Of a stretch of DNA of 64,000 nucleotides, positions 1 through 12,500 are shown piece after piece. The notes beneath the pieces are model-generated. The model worked only from the letters and a program-made list of their open reading frames with translations. It ran no database searches and was not told the DNA's origin. The stretch covers positions 66,113,049-66,177,048 of the forward strand of contig NC_057719.1 in the NCBI RefSeq assembly GCF_004010195.1, given 5' to 3'. A program made the translations under genes and the position numbers. Position 1 is the first letter of the stretch. Each line of letters opens with the position of its first letter. This DNA comes from Chiloscyllium plagiosum (lineage: Eukaryota).

Positions 1-1004
1 GGGGATCGGGGTAGTCACATCTGTTTTTAGGCAGCAGTGGATATGGTGGAGTCAGAGGGCTGGGAAGTTTAAGGATTAGGAGAGGTGGTCAAATTGATGA
101 GGGATGGGCATTATCCAGTGTCTAAGAATGGAGGGAGACAGAAGATGGAAAATTATAGCCCAGTGAACCTGACCCTGATCAGTGATAAGATTTTATAGTG
201 GGTTGTTTAGTAACATTGGTACAATGTTATGGCCTTGTTCTTTGTACTGTTTATTTTTTCTGTATTGATGGGGGTTTTTTATATATAAATGTTTCATAAA
301 AGATTTTGAAAAGCTTTTCAATAAAAATACTGAGATAAAAGATTTTAGAGCCCATTATTAACGATGAGGTGGATGAGATGGCAGAGCACTTGGAAGTACT
401 CGGTATGTCTGACAAATCTATTTGTATTCTTTGAGGAGGTAACAAGCAAGTTAGATAAAGGAGAGCAAGTGGACATGATGTATTTGGATATCCAGAAGAA
501 CTTTGACAAGGTGCTGCACAGGAGTCTCCTAAATAATATAACTGTCCATGATGTTTGGGGCAAGGCAGTGATATGAATTGAGGCTTGGCGGACTGGAAGA
601 AGGTAGAGAGTAGGGATGAAAGGCTCTTTTTCAGGATGGCAGCTGGTGACCGGTTGAGCTCCGTAAGGGTTCATGTTGGGACCACAATTGTTAACATTAT
701 ACATTAATATTCTGGATGATGGAACTGAAGGCATTGTTGCCAAGGTTGCAAATGACACAAAGATAGGTAGAGGGGCTGAGGAAGTGGGGAGACTGCAGAA
801 GGACTTGGACAGGTGAGGAGAGTGGGCAAAGAAGTGGTACCTGAAAACAGTGCGGGGAAGTGTGATGTTACAAATGTTGGTAGGAAGCATAATGGGATAG
901 ACATTTTACTAATTGGGGAAAATCTTCAGAAATCTGTGGCACAAAGTAACGTTGGAGCCCTGCTTGAGGATTATTTTAAGATTAACATTCAGATTCAGCT
1001 GGCA

Positions 1005-1804
1005 CTTGGAGGCCTGTGACCAGTGGTGCTGGGTCCTCTACTTTTTGTCACTTACATAAATGATTTGGACGCGAGCATAAGATGTACAATTAGTTAGTTT
1101 GCAGATGACACCAAAACTGGAGGTGTAGTGGACAGCGAAGAGGATTACCTCAGATTACAACAGGATCTGGACCAGATGGGCCAATGGGCTGAGAAGTGGC
1201 AGATGGAGTTTAATTCCGATAAATGCGAGGTGCTGCATTTTGGGAAAGCAAATCTTAGCAGGACTTATACACTTAATGGTAAGGTCCTTGGGAGTGTTGC
1301 TGAACAAAGAGACTTTGGATTGCAGGTTTTATAGCTCCTTGAAAGTGGAATCGCAGGTAGATAGGATAGTGAAGGCGTTTGGTATGCTTTCCTGTATTGG
1401 TCAGAGTATTGAGTACAGGAGTTGGGAGGTCATGTTGCGGCTGTACAGGACATTGGTTAGGCCACTGTTGTAATATTGCATGCAATTCTGGTCTCCTTCC
1501 TATCGGAAAGATGTTGTGAAACTTGTAAATCTTTTCTGAACCCTTTGAAGGATGACGCCAGGGTTGGAGGATTTTCACAGAGGGTGGTACGTGTATGGAA
1601 TGAGCTGCCAGAGGAAGTGGTGGAGGCTGGTACAACTGCAACATTTAAGAGGCATTTGGATGGGTATATGAATAGGAAGGGTTTGGAGGGATATGGGCCG
1701 GGTGCTGGCAGGTGGGACTAGATTGGGTTGGGATATCTAGTCGGCGTGGACAGGTTGGACCGAAGGGCCTGTTTCCATGCTGTACATCTCTATGACTCTA
1801 TGAC
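1005..1804 (+). mobile_element. 5'-truncated CR1/HER1-type LINE nested in older CR1
   Basis: [40 protein letters not shown]; tail ctctatgactctatgac. Confidence 0.92.
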
Positions 1805-1997
1805 TTAGGAAGACAAATGCAATGATAACATTCATTTCAAGAGGGTTAGAGTACAAGAGCTGAAATGTACTGCTGAGGGTGTATAAGGCTCTGGTCAGAT
1901 CATATTTGGAATTTTGAGAGTAGTTGCGGGCCCCATATCTAAGGAAGGATGTGCTAGCCTTGGAAGGGGTCCAGAAGAGATCGGAGGGGGTAGGTGT

Positions 1998-2343
1998 GGA
2001 GCATGGTGGCTCAGTGGTTAGCACCGCTGCCTCACAGTGCCAGGGACCCAGGTTCGATTCCAGCCTCGGGCAAGTGTCTGTGTGGAATTTGCATATTCTC
2101 CTCATGTCTGCATGGGTTTCCTTCAGGTGTTCTAGTTTCCTCCCACAGTCTAAAGATGTGCAGATTAGGTGAATTGGCCATGCTAAATTGCCCATAATGT
2201 TAGGTGCATTAGTCAGGCGTAAATATAGGGTAGGAGAATGGGTCTGGGTGGGTTACTCTTTGGAGGGTTGGTGTGGACTTGTTGGGCCGAATGGTCTGTT
2301 TCCATACTATTGGAAATCTAATCTAATCTGATCTAATCTAATC
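1998..2343 (+). mobile_element. tRNA-derived V-SINE (HE1-like)
   Basis: A box tggctcagtgg, B box ggttcgattcc, V-domain-like core, CR1-like 3' end, (aatct)n tail. Confidence 0.88.
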
Positions 2344-3460
2344 ATGAGGTTTACAAGAATGATCCCAGGTGGGAAAGGCTTGTCATATGAGGAGCAGTTG
2401 AGGACTCAGGGTCTCTGCTCGATGAAGTTTAAAAGAATGAGGAGGAATCTGATTAAAGCATACACAATATTGAGAGGCCTGAATAGAGTGGACATGGAAG
2501 ATGTTTCCACTAGTAGGAGAGACTAGAACCTGAGGGCACAGCCTTCGAGTAAAGGGACAAACCTTCAGAACTGAAATGGGGAGGAATTTCTTCAGCAGAG
2601 GGTAGTTAACCTGTGGCATTCATTGCTGCAGAAGGCTGTGAAGGCCAAGTCATTAAATATATTTAAGACAGAGATAGATAGGTTCTTGAACAGTAAGGGG
2701 TTTAGGGAGAGAAGGCAGTAGAATGGGATCAAATGGTCTAATTCTGCTTCTATATCTTATGATCTTATGAAGTAGGGGGAGATCTATACCGCATTACAGG
2801 AGTAAGACATGGCTTTTATCTAACACTTTCAAGGTAACTATTCAGCTCAGTGAATTAGAATCCTCTGAAGTCTTGTAAATCTAAATCAAAGTTGGGGACT
2901 TTTAAAGAGGGTTCTCGATGCTGGGTAACTGCACACCAGACATTTATACATCCCAGGCAATTTCCCTGTAGTCACTGTGTCCTATGAGTTCTTGTGGGGC
3001 ACTCACTAGTCTCAAATATCCAGAGACTGGAAGACCTAGGCATTAAAGTGTCGAGATGATATTCTAACATGGGCAAAGCGAGTTTGGTAACACAGCAACA
3101 TCCAACCCTATGATGTATGTATACAAGTCCAGAACGAATGACAAACAGGAATGGGAAGTCTGGGTGATACCCCTTTGTGAACAAGAGTGCCATACTACAG
3201 ACACTAAATAGAAAAGATGGAAGACAACGAAATGGCACAGAAAATTAAGTCAGAAAAATAAGACAGTTTGAAGGAGATGAGCATTTTCTCTGTAAACAAT
3301 GTCACAAGCAATCATATGTTCTACATATATAATGTACAACATAATCCACCGACCATCAGAACATAATTTGTCATTTTACTCCAGAGAACAGCATGGAAGA
3401 CTTCTAGTTTATATTAAAGGTGATGCGGTTTACAACATTACATTAGGGTTTATAGCATAC

Positions 3461-3581
3461 CTTGGTTAACAACTGGCAATTTCAGTGGAATACTAATAAT
3501 GCCCACCAGATCCTCAGTTGGCACCAGGGACCGGAGTATTGCTCGGATTCGAATAGCTTCACCTTTACCTGCTTGGATTAG
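3461..3581 (-). CDS. RYR3: RYR3 exon (121 nt)
   Basis: tatcag|CTA ATC CAA...CAA G|gtatgc; [40 protein letters not shown]. Confidence 0.96.
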
Positions 3582-6500
3582 CTGATACAATAGTTAAATT
3601 GTTGTAGATTTGTAACAACAAGGATATGCATTCAAAATCAAAATAAATTCAGAAGCGTTCCTGTTATTGTACTTAAGACTTTAAAATGGATCATTACCAC
3701 CTTCCATAAATCTTCATGACATTAAATATTTCAGAAATTGATAATTTATCATTGATTCAACACTCCATAATCTCAATGAACTCAATAAACATATTGTTTT
3801 TAAAAATATTACTTACATGCATTTCTGGAGCACATCGGCCGAGAAGATCAATCAGAGCAGAATAGAAGGACATGATGGAATAACCCATGTGTACAATTTC
3901 CTCATCCTCCTCTTGACTACTGTTAATTAAGAGTTCATTTTTTATAGATATGAGATGGTATGCTATCATTTAGATATATTTAGACCATTTAGATACATTT
4001 AGACCACAACTTTAACAGTACATTAGCAAGGGAGGACCTGAGATCAGAAGAACAATGTGTAAAAACTGTTTGAGCGAATTTCAGAAACAGCAAGGGACAG
4101 CAGACATTGGTTGAACTTATTTATCGGCCAAATTTATTTATTTAGGGTAGTGTGGGGCATGACATTAACAGGGAATGGTAGAAGCAAGTAGCATGGGTAA
4201 CACAGTTATTATGGGTAACTTCAATCTGTGTAAAGACTGGGTAAACTACTCGAGCAATAAAGCTGAGGAGGATGAGTTTCTGGAATGTTTTAGGGATGCC
4301 TTTCTAGAACAGGATGCTGAGGAACCAACTAGATGGCATGCTTTTTGAGCTCTATCACAACATTTAAAACTTGACATTATCTACAAAAGTACAGTTGTTC
4401 TTCTGAGGCAAAAATGTTAAATTTCAAAATGGCAAGTTATTAAAACATTAGGCACAAATTAGTTGAGATGGACTGGGAAAGACATAATTGTGCATAAGTA
4501 TTGGGATAGTTATAAAACACTATTACACAGAGCCATACAGATGTACAGCACAGAAACACACCCTTCAGGCCAACTTGTCCATGCCTACCAGATATCCTAA
4601 ATTAATCTGTCTCATTTGCCAGCACTTGGTCCATATCCCTCTAAACCCTCCCAATTCATAAACCCATTCCATGTATGTTGTAATTGTACCAGCCTCCACC
4701 ATTTCCTCTGACAGGTCTTTCCATATACGCACCACCTTCTATGTGAAAAATTTGCCCTTCGGTCCTTTTTAAAACTTTCCCCGCTCACCCGAAACCATGG
4801 CCCTCAACTGTACATTTTTTCAATGTGCAAAAACTCAAAAAAGATCAGTTTACCATAGCTAATAACAGAATATCAAGGTTGTGTAAGATTAAAGAAAAGT
4901 ATAAAGTTGCCAAAAATATCAGTTGCTCTGAGAATTGGAAGAATTTTTCGAGGGCATACAACAAAGGATGACCAAGAAACTGACAAAGAAAAGGAAAATA
5001 GAATATGAGTGCAATCTTGCAAAACTTATAAAGGCGGATTGTAAATCTTGTATACATATGTAAAAAGAAAATATTTGGTTAAAAAATGTGGGTCCATTAC
5101 AGGCTATAAGGAGAATTCATAAGGGAAAAAAAGAAACTAAATGATGACTTTACTTTGGTTTTCACAGAGGAAATAGCAATCCATGTGGTGAGGGAGAATT
5201 AGAACTGCAGGAAAATTAGCATTCGTGAGAAGATTGCACTGGAGAAATTAACAGGGCGGAAAGTTTGTAAATTCCCAGGACCCAATGGTTGACATTCTAG
5301 TGTGTTGAAGGAGGTAGCTACAGAGATAGATAGTGCATTGGCAATTATCTTTCAAAATTCTGTAGATTCTGGAATGTTTCTTATGGATTTGAAGGTAGCA
5401 AATATGACTTTACTATTTAAGAAGGAAGTGAGAAAACAAGGAACTACAGACCTGCTGGCCTTATATCAGTAGAAGGGAAAATGCTCGAATTTGCCAAAAA
5501 GGATTGGATAAATAGATATTTGGTTGCTAATGGGACACAAATTTGCTGAGATAGATAGCCAATTATGAATTTAGTTATGAACAGGCAACATAGATTTGCA
5601 AATGGGCAGTTGTGTTTGATGTACTTATTGGGTTTTTTTCTCAAACTATTACAAACACAGTTATAAATAACATAGTATACTTTGATTTTCCGAATCATTT
5701 TCATTAAGTCCCCCCCAGAGGAAGCTGGTTAGAAAAATTAAAGCACATGGGATAGGAGGTAATATACTGACATTGATCAGTGATTGGCTAAGAGACAAAA
5801 AACAGAGAGTAGGCCTCACTAGATCATTCTCATTTTGGCAGTCTGCGATGAATGGGGTACGACAAGGCTCAGGACTTGCACCCCAGCTGTTCACAATGTA
5901 TGTTAATAATTTGGAGTTAAGGACCAAATGTAATTTTCAACATTTACTGATGAGACAACGCTCAGTGGGAATGCAAATTGGAAGAAAGTTGCAAACCAGC
6001 TTCAGGAAGATTTGTACAGGTTCAGAGAATGAGCAAGAACATGGCTGAGAAATATAATGTGGAAAACTCTGAGGTTATCCAGCTTAAGAGGACGTGCAGT
6101 GTATTTCTTATGAGCTTCAAAAGTAACAAGGGACTTAGGTGTCTTTGTTGATAAGCAAACATACAGGTGCTGCAAGCTCAGATGAAGCCAAATGGGAAGT
6201 GACCCTTTGTTTCCTTCAGTTGAAACCTTTGCAGATGCAATCAACATAGAGTCCATGATTTGATCTGAAGTTCAATCTTTTGCATCAGTTTTCCCAAAGG
6301 TTTTCCCTACTATGATTCAGGAAGGAGGTGGGGAGAGAAGAGGAGAAGATCTAGGAGAGCAGGGGTGGGGTGTTGTCAGTAATTGCAACCACGGAAACTG
6401 CAATATCAGACTTTCAGCTTTGACCTTCCCTTTGTTACACTTGGCGACGCAACCCTCACTTTGGGAACCTTTGTTTCATATGTTATTCTTATGATGAAAA

Positions 6501-9500
6501 GCATATAAAGGTATTAAAAGGTAATTTATCATCCTTGCTTTTTTACTTCCGGTTTTGTTGTTGGTGAGAATTCTTCAATACGACTGTCTTGGTCAGCCTG
6601 TCTTGTGGCTCCACTAATATTAGATATGACCAATAGTACCAGATTCAAAGCCATGTAAAAGTAAAGAAAATATTGATGCTGTTGATCCTAATCAAATCTT
6701 TCTGGACAATACATTTTAGCTTTTGTCACTGACTGCATAATTTCAGTTAATATGTAAGCAAAAGCTTTGAAATGGATTGAAATTTTATAAATACAAATAA
6801 ATAAAACTTACATATACAGAGGAACCTCCATTATCCGAATTTTGGATTATCCAAACAAGATCACAAGGTCCCAGTGCTTGGCTAAACTATGTTATCCGGC
6901 GTTTGATTAACTGAATGAAATACTCCCTGCCCATGTCCTTTGAATAATCGAGGTTCCTCTGTAATCCTTTTAAGCCATCAAATGTATTACAAAGGAAATG
7001 AAGACTCACCCATCTTCCCTAGCTTCAGTTGGAGGTAGATCGCGGCATGGATCTTCTGAGATTTCAATCGCATCTTTCATTGCAGCTAATAAGCCATGTC
7101 CTCCTTCACCCCTCAGAGCAGGGCCAAAGCACTCTGGACGACGAATCAACAACTTCACCACAACACTTGCGTTTTCTTCAACACTTTCACCTTGAGGAAC
7201 AGTAGGATTCAATTTTACACAACAAATCCATGAAAGCATAGAGAAGCAAAAGGGGAAAGGGTTTCAGACCAACTGCAATGCTTGTCTGAATATCTCAGCT
7301 TTTCTTTCAATGGACATTAACGTGCAGAAGTACTAAGGCCTGGATTGAGATGAAAAGTTGTATCCAGAACACAATATCAAAAAAAAAACTTAAAAGTTTT
7401 TTCAATGGCTATTATGGGCTTGGATGCATTACTTAAGAAAAACAGACCTGGAAAGAATATGTATCTCTCAAATCAGCTGTCTCAAACAGATTACCAGTTA
7501 CAGTTATGTTGTGGTAGTTGATGCCACTACTCCTTAAATTGAACAGGCCTTGTGATTACAATAACTGCAAGTCAGGCTACAACGGATTCGAATTTGGAAG
7601 AGATGGAAGAACAGCAAAACAACTGTGATACTCTAAACTTCAGGACTTTAATAACTCTTCACAGATGGAAAGAAGCAGAAATGGTCAGCACCATCTCCTC
7701 CATCAGGCGTCTGGATCTGCCTGTGCAGCTCCTGCTGTCTCTGGTTGTGATGGCTTTTATTTATGCATTGTGGTCAAGTAGGTGCATTGATAGAGGAAAG
7801 GGACAGTGTAGAGGGTTCAGAAGAGATTTACCAGGATGTTGCTGGGTATGGAAAGTTTGAGTTATAAAGAAAGGCTGAATAGGCTGGGACTTTTTTCAAT
7901 GAGCGGAGGAGGTTAAGGGGCAACCTGACAGAAGTTTATAAAATAATAAGGGGGATGGATAGAGTGAATGGTAGTTGTCTTTTCCCGAGGATGGGGATTT
8001 CAAGACTAGGGGGCCCATTTTAAGGTAAGAGGAGAGAGATTTAAAAAAGACACGAGTGGCAAATATTTATGCAGAGGGTGGTTCACATATGGACTGAATT
8101 TCCTGAGGGAATTTAGTGCATGTGTATATAATCATAACATTTAAAAGACATTTGGATAAGTAAATGAACAGGAAAGGTTTGGAGGGATACGTGCCAGCAG
8201 CAGGTAGGTGGGACTAGTTTAGTTTGGTATTATGTTCGGCATGGACTGGTGAGACCAAAGGGTCTGTTTTCAAGCTGTATGATTCTAGAATAGAATTATG
8301 ATGGTGGTTACTGGTATTATGCATGGCTGAGTTCATTACAGGGGATTCAGCTTAATAAAAAGTATCGTTAATGTTGTGACCCCTCTTCCCTTGCCCCTTT
8401 ACTACCATTAGCACATTCTTTTCTTTGCTCTGAGCACCCTCACCATTTCACTTGTTCACTCCCTCCTCTCACCCTTTTGTCAATAGATTAAAAACTACCA
8501 TTTTCCGCTTTCAGTTTCAGCAAGAATTGAAACATTAACTCTGTGTTTCTCTCTCCTCAGATGCTGCCAGACTTGCTGAATTTCTCCAGCATTTTCTATT
8601 TTTATTTCAGAATTGGAGTATCCACAGTATTTTGATAATGTTCGTGCAGAAGTGCAATGTCATCAAAAAGTTCTCAAACTCCTGCCAAACTGGTTCCTGC
8701 AGATTAATGCAACAATTGAAAGCTCCAGAATCTTATAGAATTGCAGCAACTTCCAGAGGAAATCAACAGCAATTAATTTGTGAGTAGACAGTCCCTTTAA
8801 AGAGCAATGCTGGGGGGTTATGCATGATTTGGAAATGGCATTAACTGAAACACCAAAATGGTAGAGCTAACGGCAAATCAGCAGTTTATTTTGATTGGTA
8901 TTATGATTCTGCCAACTTCCAGTGGGCATTCACTGCCTGCTCACTCATGCCCAGGCCAAAATGGCACCCATTATATCTTGCCTCCAGAAATGTGCTGTGT
9001 CTCTCCAATGCTATATGGGATCTTAAATGACTCTTGTGTCAGGCCGCACTAATCAACCATAACTTTCATTCCGGTAGCTGTAGTTTCCTTCAAGAAATCA
9101 TGTGGCACATCACCACCTCTGAACCAGAAGCTCTTAGTTCAAGTCCAAGAACAGAACTCAATGGCCAAACAAGTTCCTAATCTAGCAAAAAAAGGATTAG
9201 GTATTAATCTCCAACAAGTATCAATGGAGACTGTGAAATGCAGAAGAGCTTCCTGGTCAACCATGTGATATAAAATGTTAGAGCCCATCAATATCTGTGG
9301 CTCCAGGCTCTAACATGTATGTAAAAGTGCGTGGTGTCACAGCAACTCAGACTGCTTAGGGACAGAGGGGTTGTGAGCCAGTTGGCTGGTGGATCAAATT
9401 GTGGCAACAGCACAGGTTTCAAACCCCATTCTAGCTGGGATTGATTCCAGGCATTTCTCTCGGGAGGTTGGAGTGCTGTGATTTGGACCTTCTTTTGGGT

Positions 9501-12500
9501 AGAGAATTCAAGCAGAAGAAGAAGTCACCTTCAAGATCTGGTCTCTGTGGTTGGTAGAACTCTCAAGAGTTCTACTCGTTTACTCTGAGAATAGTAGCCC
9601 TTCACATGTTTTTCCATTATGATTGCCAATGTGTTATAAAATAACTGCTCCCTCCCCCAAGCAGTGCTATTTCAGAATGAAATCGTTCTGAGTTCACATT
9701 AAAGTTATGTTAACTATTTGAAGTGATAATTTTATTTTGGTGAAGGGGGAAACAAGCTATTCCAGGATGGCTTGCAAAGTAATAGGATGAATAGAGTAGG
9801 GCTACAGTATCACTAAAATTGGGCTTGATTTTCATTCTGCGCAAATGAATGGGTTTTGAGTGAAACTACATCTGCTCCTTCCCCCTAATCACTGTATTTC
9901 AGTGCTGTATTTCTGTGACATATTTAATTCTCAACTGTAGTTCAGCTGTAATTCATCAGGTGAGTTTCTTCCCCCTTTTTACTATAGGTAGCAATCTCTT
10001 TCAGCCAAACAGAAGGAACAGACAAAAATGTGAAAAAATTTTGGAGAGGGGAGAGCAGAAATGCAAAGACGTTGGAGTTAAACCAACAGGAAGGGAGCAT
10101 GGAAAGAGGCAGAGAGAAAAGCAAGAAAAATTGAACTGACAATGGAGAGAGTTTTGCCACAGTGGAATTCTCAGTGCTGTTGCTGCTGGCAACACTAATT
10201 TAAAGTTATTGATATCCAAATCTAACATCATCAGCAACCAATCGTTTTGTGTATCTCATAAGTGCCATTACCTCTCCTTCCCTATTCATAATGGAAGTCT
10301 CGTACTGTTACATGCAATTTTAAAGGTAGGGCCCCATTGCAAAACATGTTATATCACAGCTAATCAGGTCGAGAGTCAACCTCCAAATCCTTCTAACCCA
10401 CACCAATGTGAGTAAGAGAGAGTAACAGTTGGTAACAGAAAGAGATTTCTGATGGAAAGAATGTTTGAGCCTCTGCCATCACCACCCATGGTTCCATGTT
10501 ACCATAGCAACCCCCTGATTCTGTGTGAACTCCAACACACCACCATCATTAATCAATAGTAAATTGTTTTCTGGAGCAGCGTGGCCCAGGGAGACTGGTG
10601 ACTAGGAGCCACAGTAATGGGAAACAATTCTGTTCAATGTCAGAGAAAGAGGATTGGGAGAAGGTGCCAGAACAATGAAGAGCAAGGGAAACTGAATGGA
10701 AGGAGACTTATTTTTTAAATGAGAAAAATTAACAAAAAATTTCTCCAAAATCAAATCCATGCCTTGTCAAGACAGATAATTTCCAAGACTTTGACTTTAC
10801 CATGATATATCCAGATTTTGTTTTGAAGCTTACCATACAACTACAATAAGAAATCAAGGCATCAAACCTACCATTGACAAACACTGCAAATCGTAAGAAA
10901 AGCAGGTAACGTTCCCCTTCAATAGGATTCCAACCAATATCAGGATAACCCTTGGCCACTAGCATGGGGCAACTTTGTAAGCCACAACCCGCCAGGTAGG
11001 TCACAACCTGTCAAATGTAAATATTAGTTTTTGTCACTTGTCTCTTATTTAAATACATAACAATTTTAATTAAATCCTTCAGTCATGAGGTTTTAAAATC
11101 CCCATGTTTCTTTCACCTTATATTGTCACAATGCAGACCTTCATAAGTCAATATCCAGTCTAAAACAGTAAAATTACTGATGTTTCACATTATCTATTCA
11201 TCAAAGACCTGATGAGCATCAATTGTCACAACTTATAAATCTACACACTTGTGCTGTTCTGTTATCTACATTTGAACTTGAACTGATGTAAGTACTGTAC
11301 TAGCTAAAGTTAATCAATTGGGAATAGATCCAATGATCTGAGTGAAATTTAATCAGTGAACAAATTAAAATATTTCATACTAAATTAAAGATAAACAGTT
11401 GCACATTCCTGCTAATTTAATCACAAATCACATTAACACTGTACAAAATGTAGAGAAAATGACAGAAAACAAGTGATAATTCTGCACAATTAAAATCTAT
11501 TCACAAACATCTTAGTAGTTTTTATATTTTCCGATCCTGCAAATAAATATTTGTTCCAAAAATCCATTCTCAATATGAGCTGCACTTTCATAAGGTGAAA
11601 GCCAGCATAACACTATTGTAGCAATGTGACTCAAATTCATGTAATGCAGAGGAAACTTTTTATTTATTTGTCCTTTAGCAGTACTGCACCTGAACTTCCT
11701 CTATAGATGTTTTCATGGATACTGCTTTATGAGGAGGCTGCAGCAAAATAAACTTCAAATTTCTGATTTTAGAGGCCGTTACATATAGATTATTCAACAA
11801 TAGAACCTAATACATTTCCGGGCTAACTGCTAGCTCACACTATTGATTTTAGAACTGTTGTTTAGATGAAAGTGCAAGTTAAATTCAAGCTAGTGCTGTC
11901 AAGATTGGTTGTAATATTTTATCTTGTGAGAAAGAAATATGATTTTACTGAATTTGGGATTACTACAGAATGTTATTAGTGTATGATAGAAGCAGCAGCA
12001 CTTTCATCTTAAGTTAACATCAACACTAGCACCCATCATATCCCATCAACAATCTGCCAAGGATTTGTGAAGGCAAAAAGGATACAAAGACATGCATTTA
12101 AAAAGCCTTTGTCACTATTTCTGGATGTCCTGAAGTGCTTACAGCCAATAAACTACTCTTGAAGTGTAGCCCCTTTGCAAGACAAAAACACAGGGTTATC
12201 ACACTGGCTGACAGTTGAACTCATTCACTTGATCTTTCTTGGATAATTTACCATCACAGTACAGAAAGTTCATCCTGTCACCACCCCACCAACTCACATC
12301 CAGCCCGCTGAAAATAGTTAGCTGCTTCACACATCCAGAACCATAGAGAAATCTTAAGATCAAAATTATTCTTCCTCCACCAGCACCCTGCTATGTTTGC
12401 CATTATTGGTCAATGCATTGAGAATAGGAGTTGGGATGTCATGTTGCAGCTGTACGGGACATTGGTTAGGCTACTTTTGGAATATTGTACTCAGTTCTGG

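Larger units (their letters stand above)
140..2771 (+). mobile_element. Decayed CR1-clade LINE (RT to 3' end), split by two younger insertions
   Basis: RT-like fragments SVCLTNLFVFFEEVT...YLDIQKNFDKV and YLRKDVLALEGVQ; stops and frameshifts; tail tcttatgatcttatg. Confidence 0.9.

Noticed and set aside
1998..2070. tRNA-like A/B boxes here and near 23340-23405 and 40810-40875
   Set aside because: These are SINE heads followed by SINE body, not tRNA genes.
3966..4006. (atttagat/acc)n short tandem repeat near an acceptor
   Set aside because: Ordinary low-complexity minisatellite with four units and no evidence of function.
12085..12180. Possible DeuSINE-like remnants here and near 55025-55120
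   Set aside because: Too degenerate to delimit or name without a profile search.
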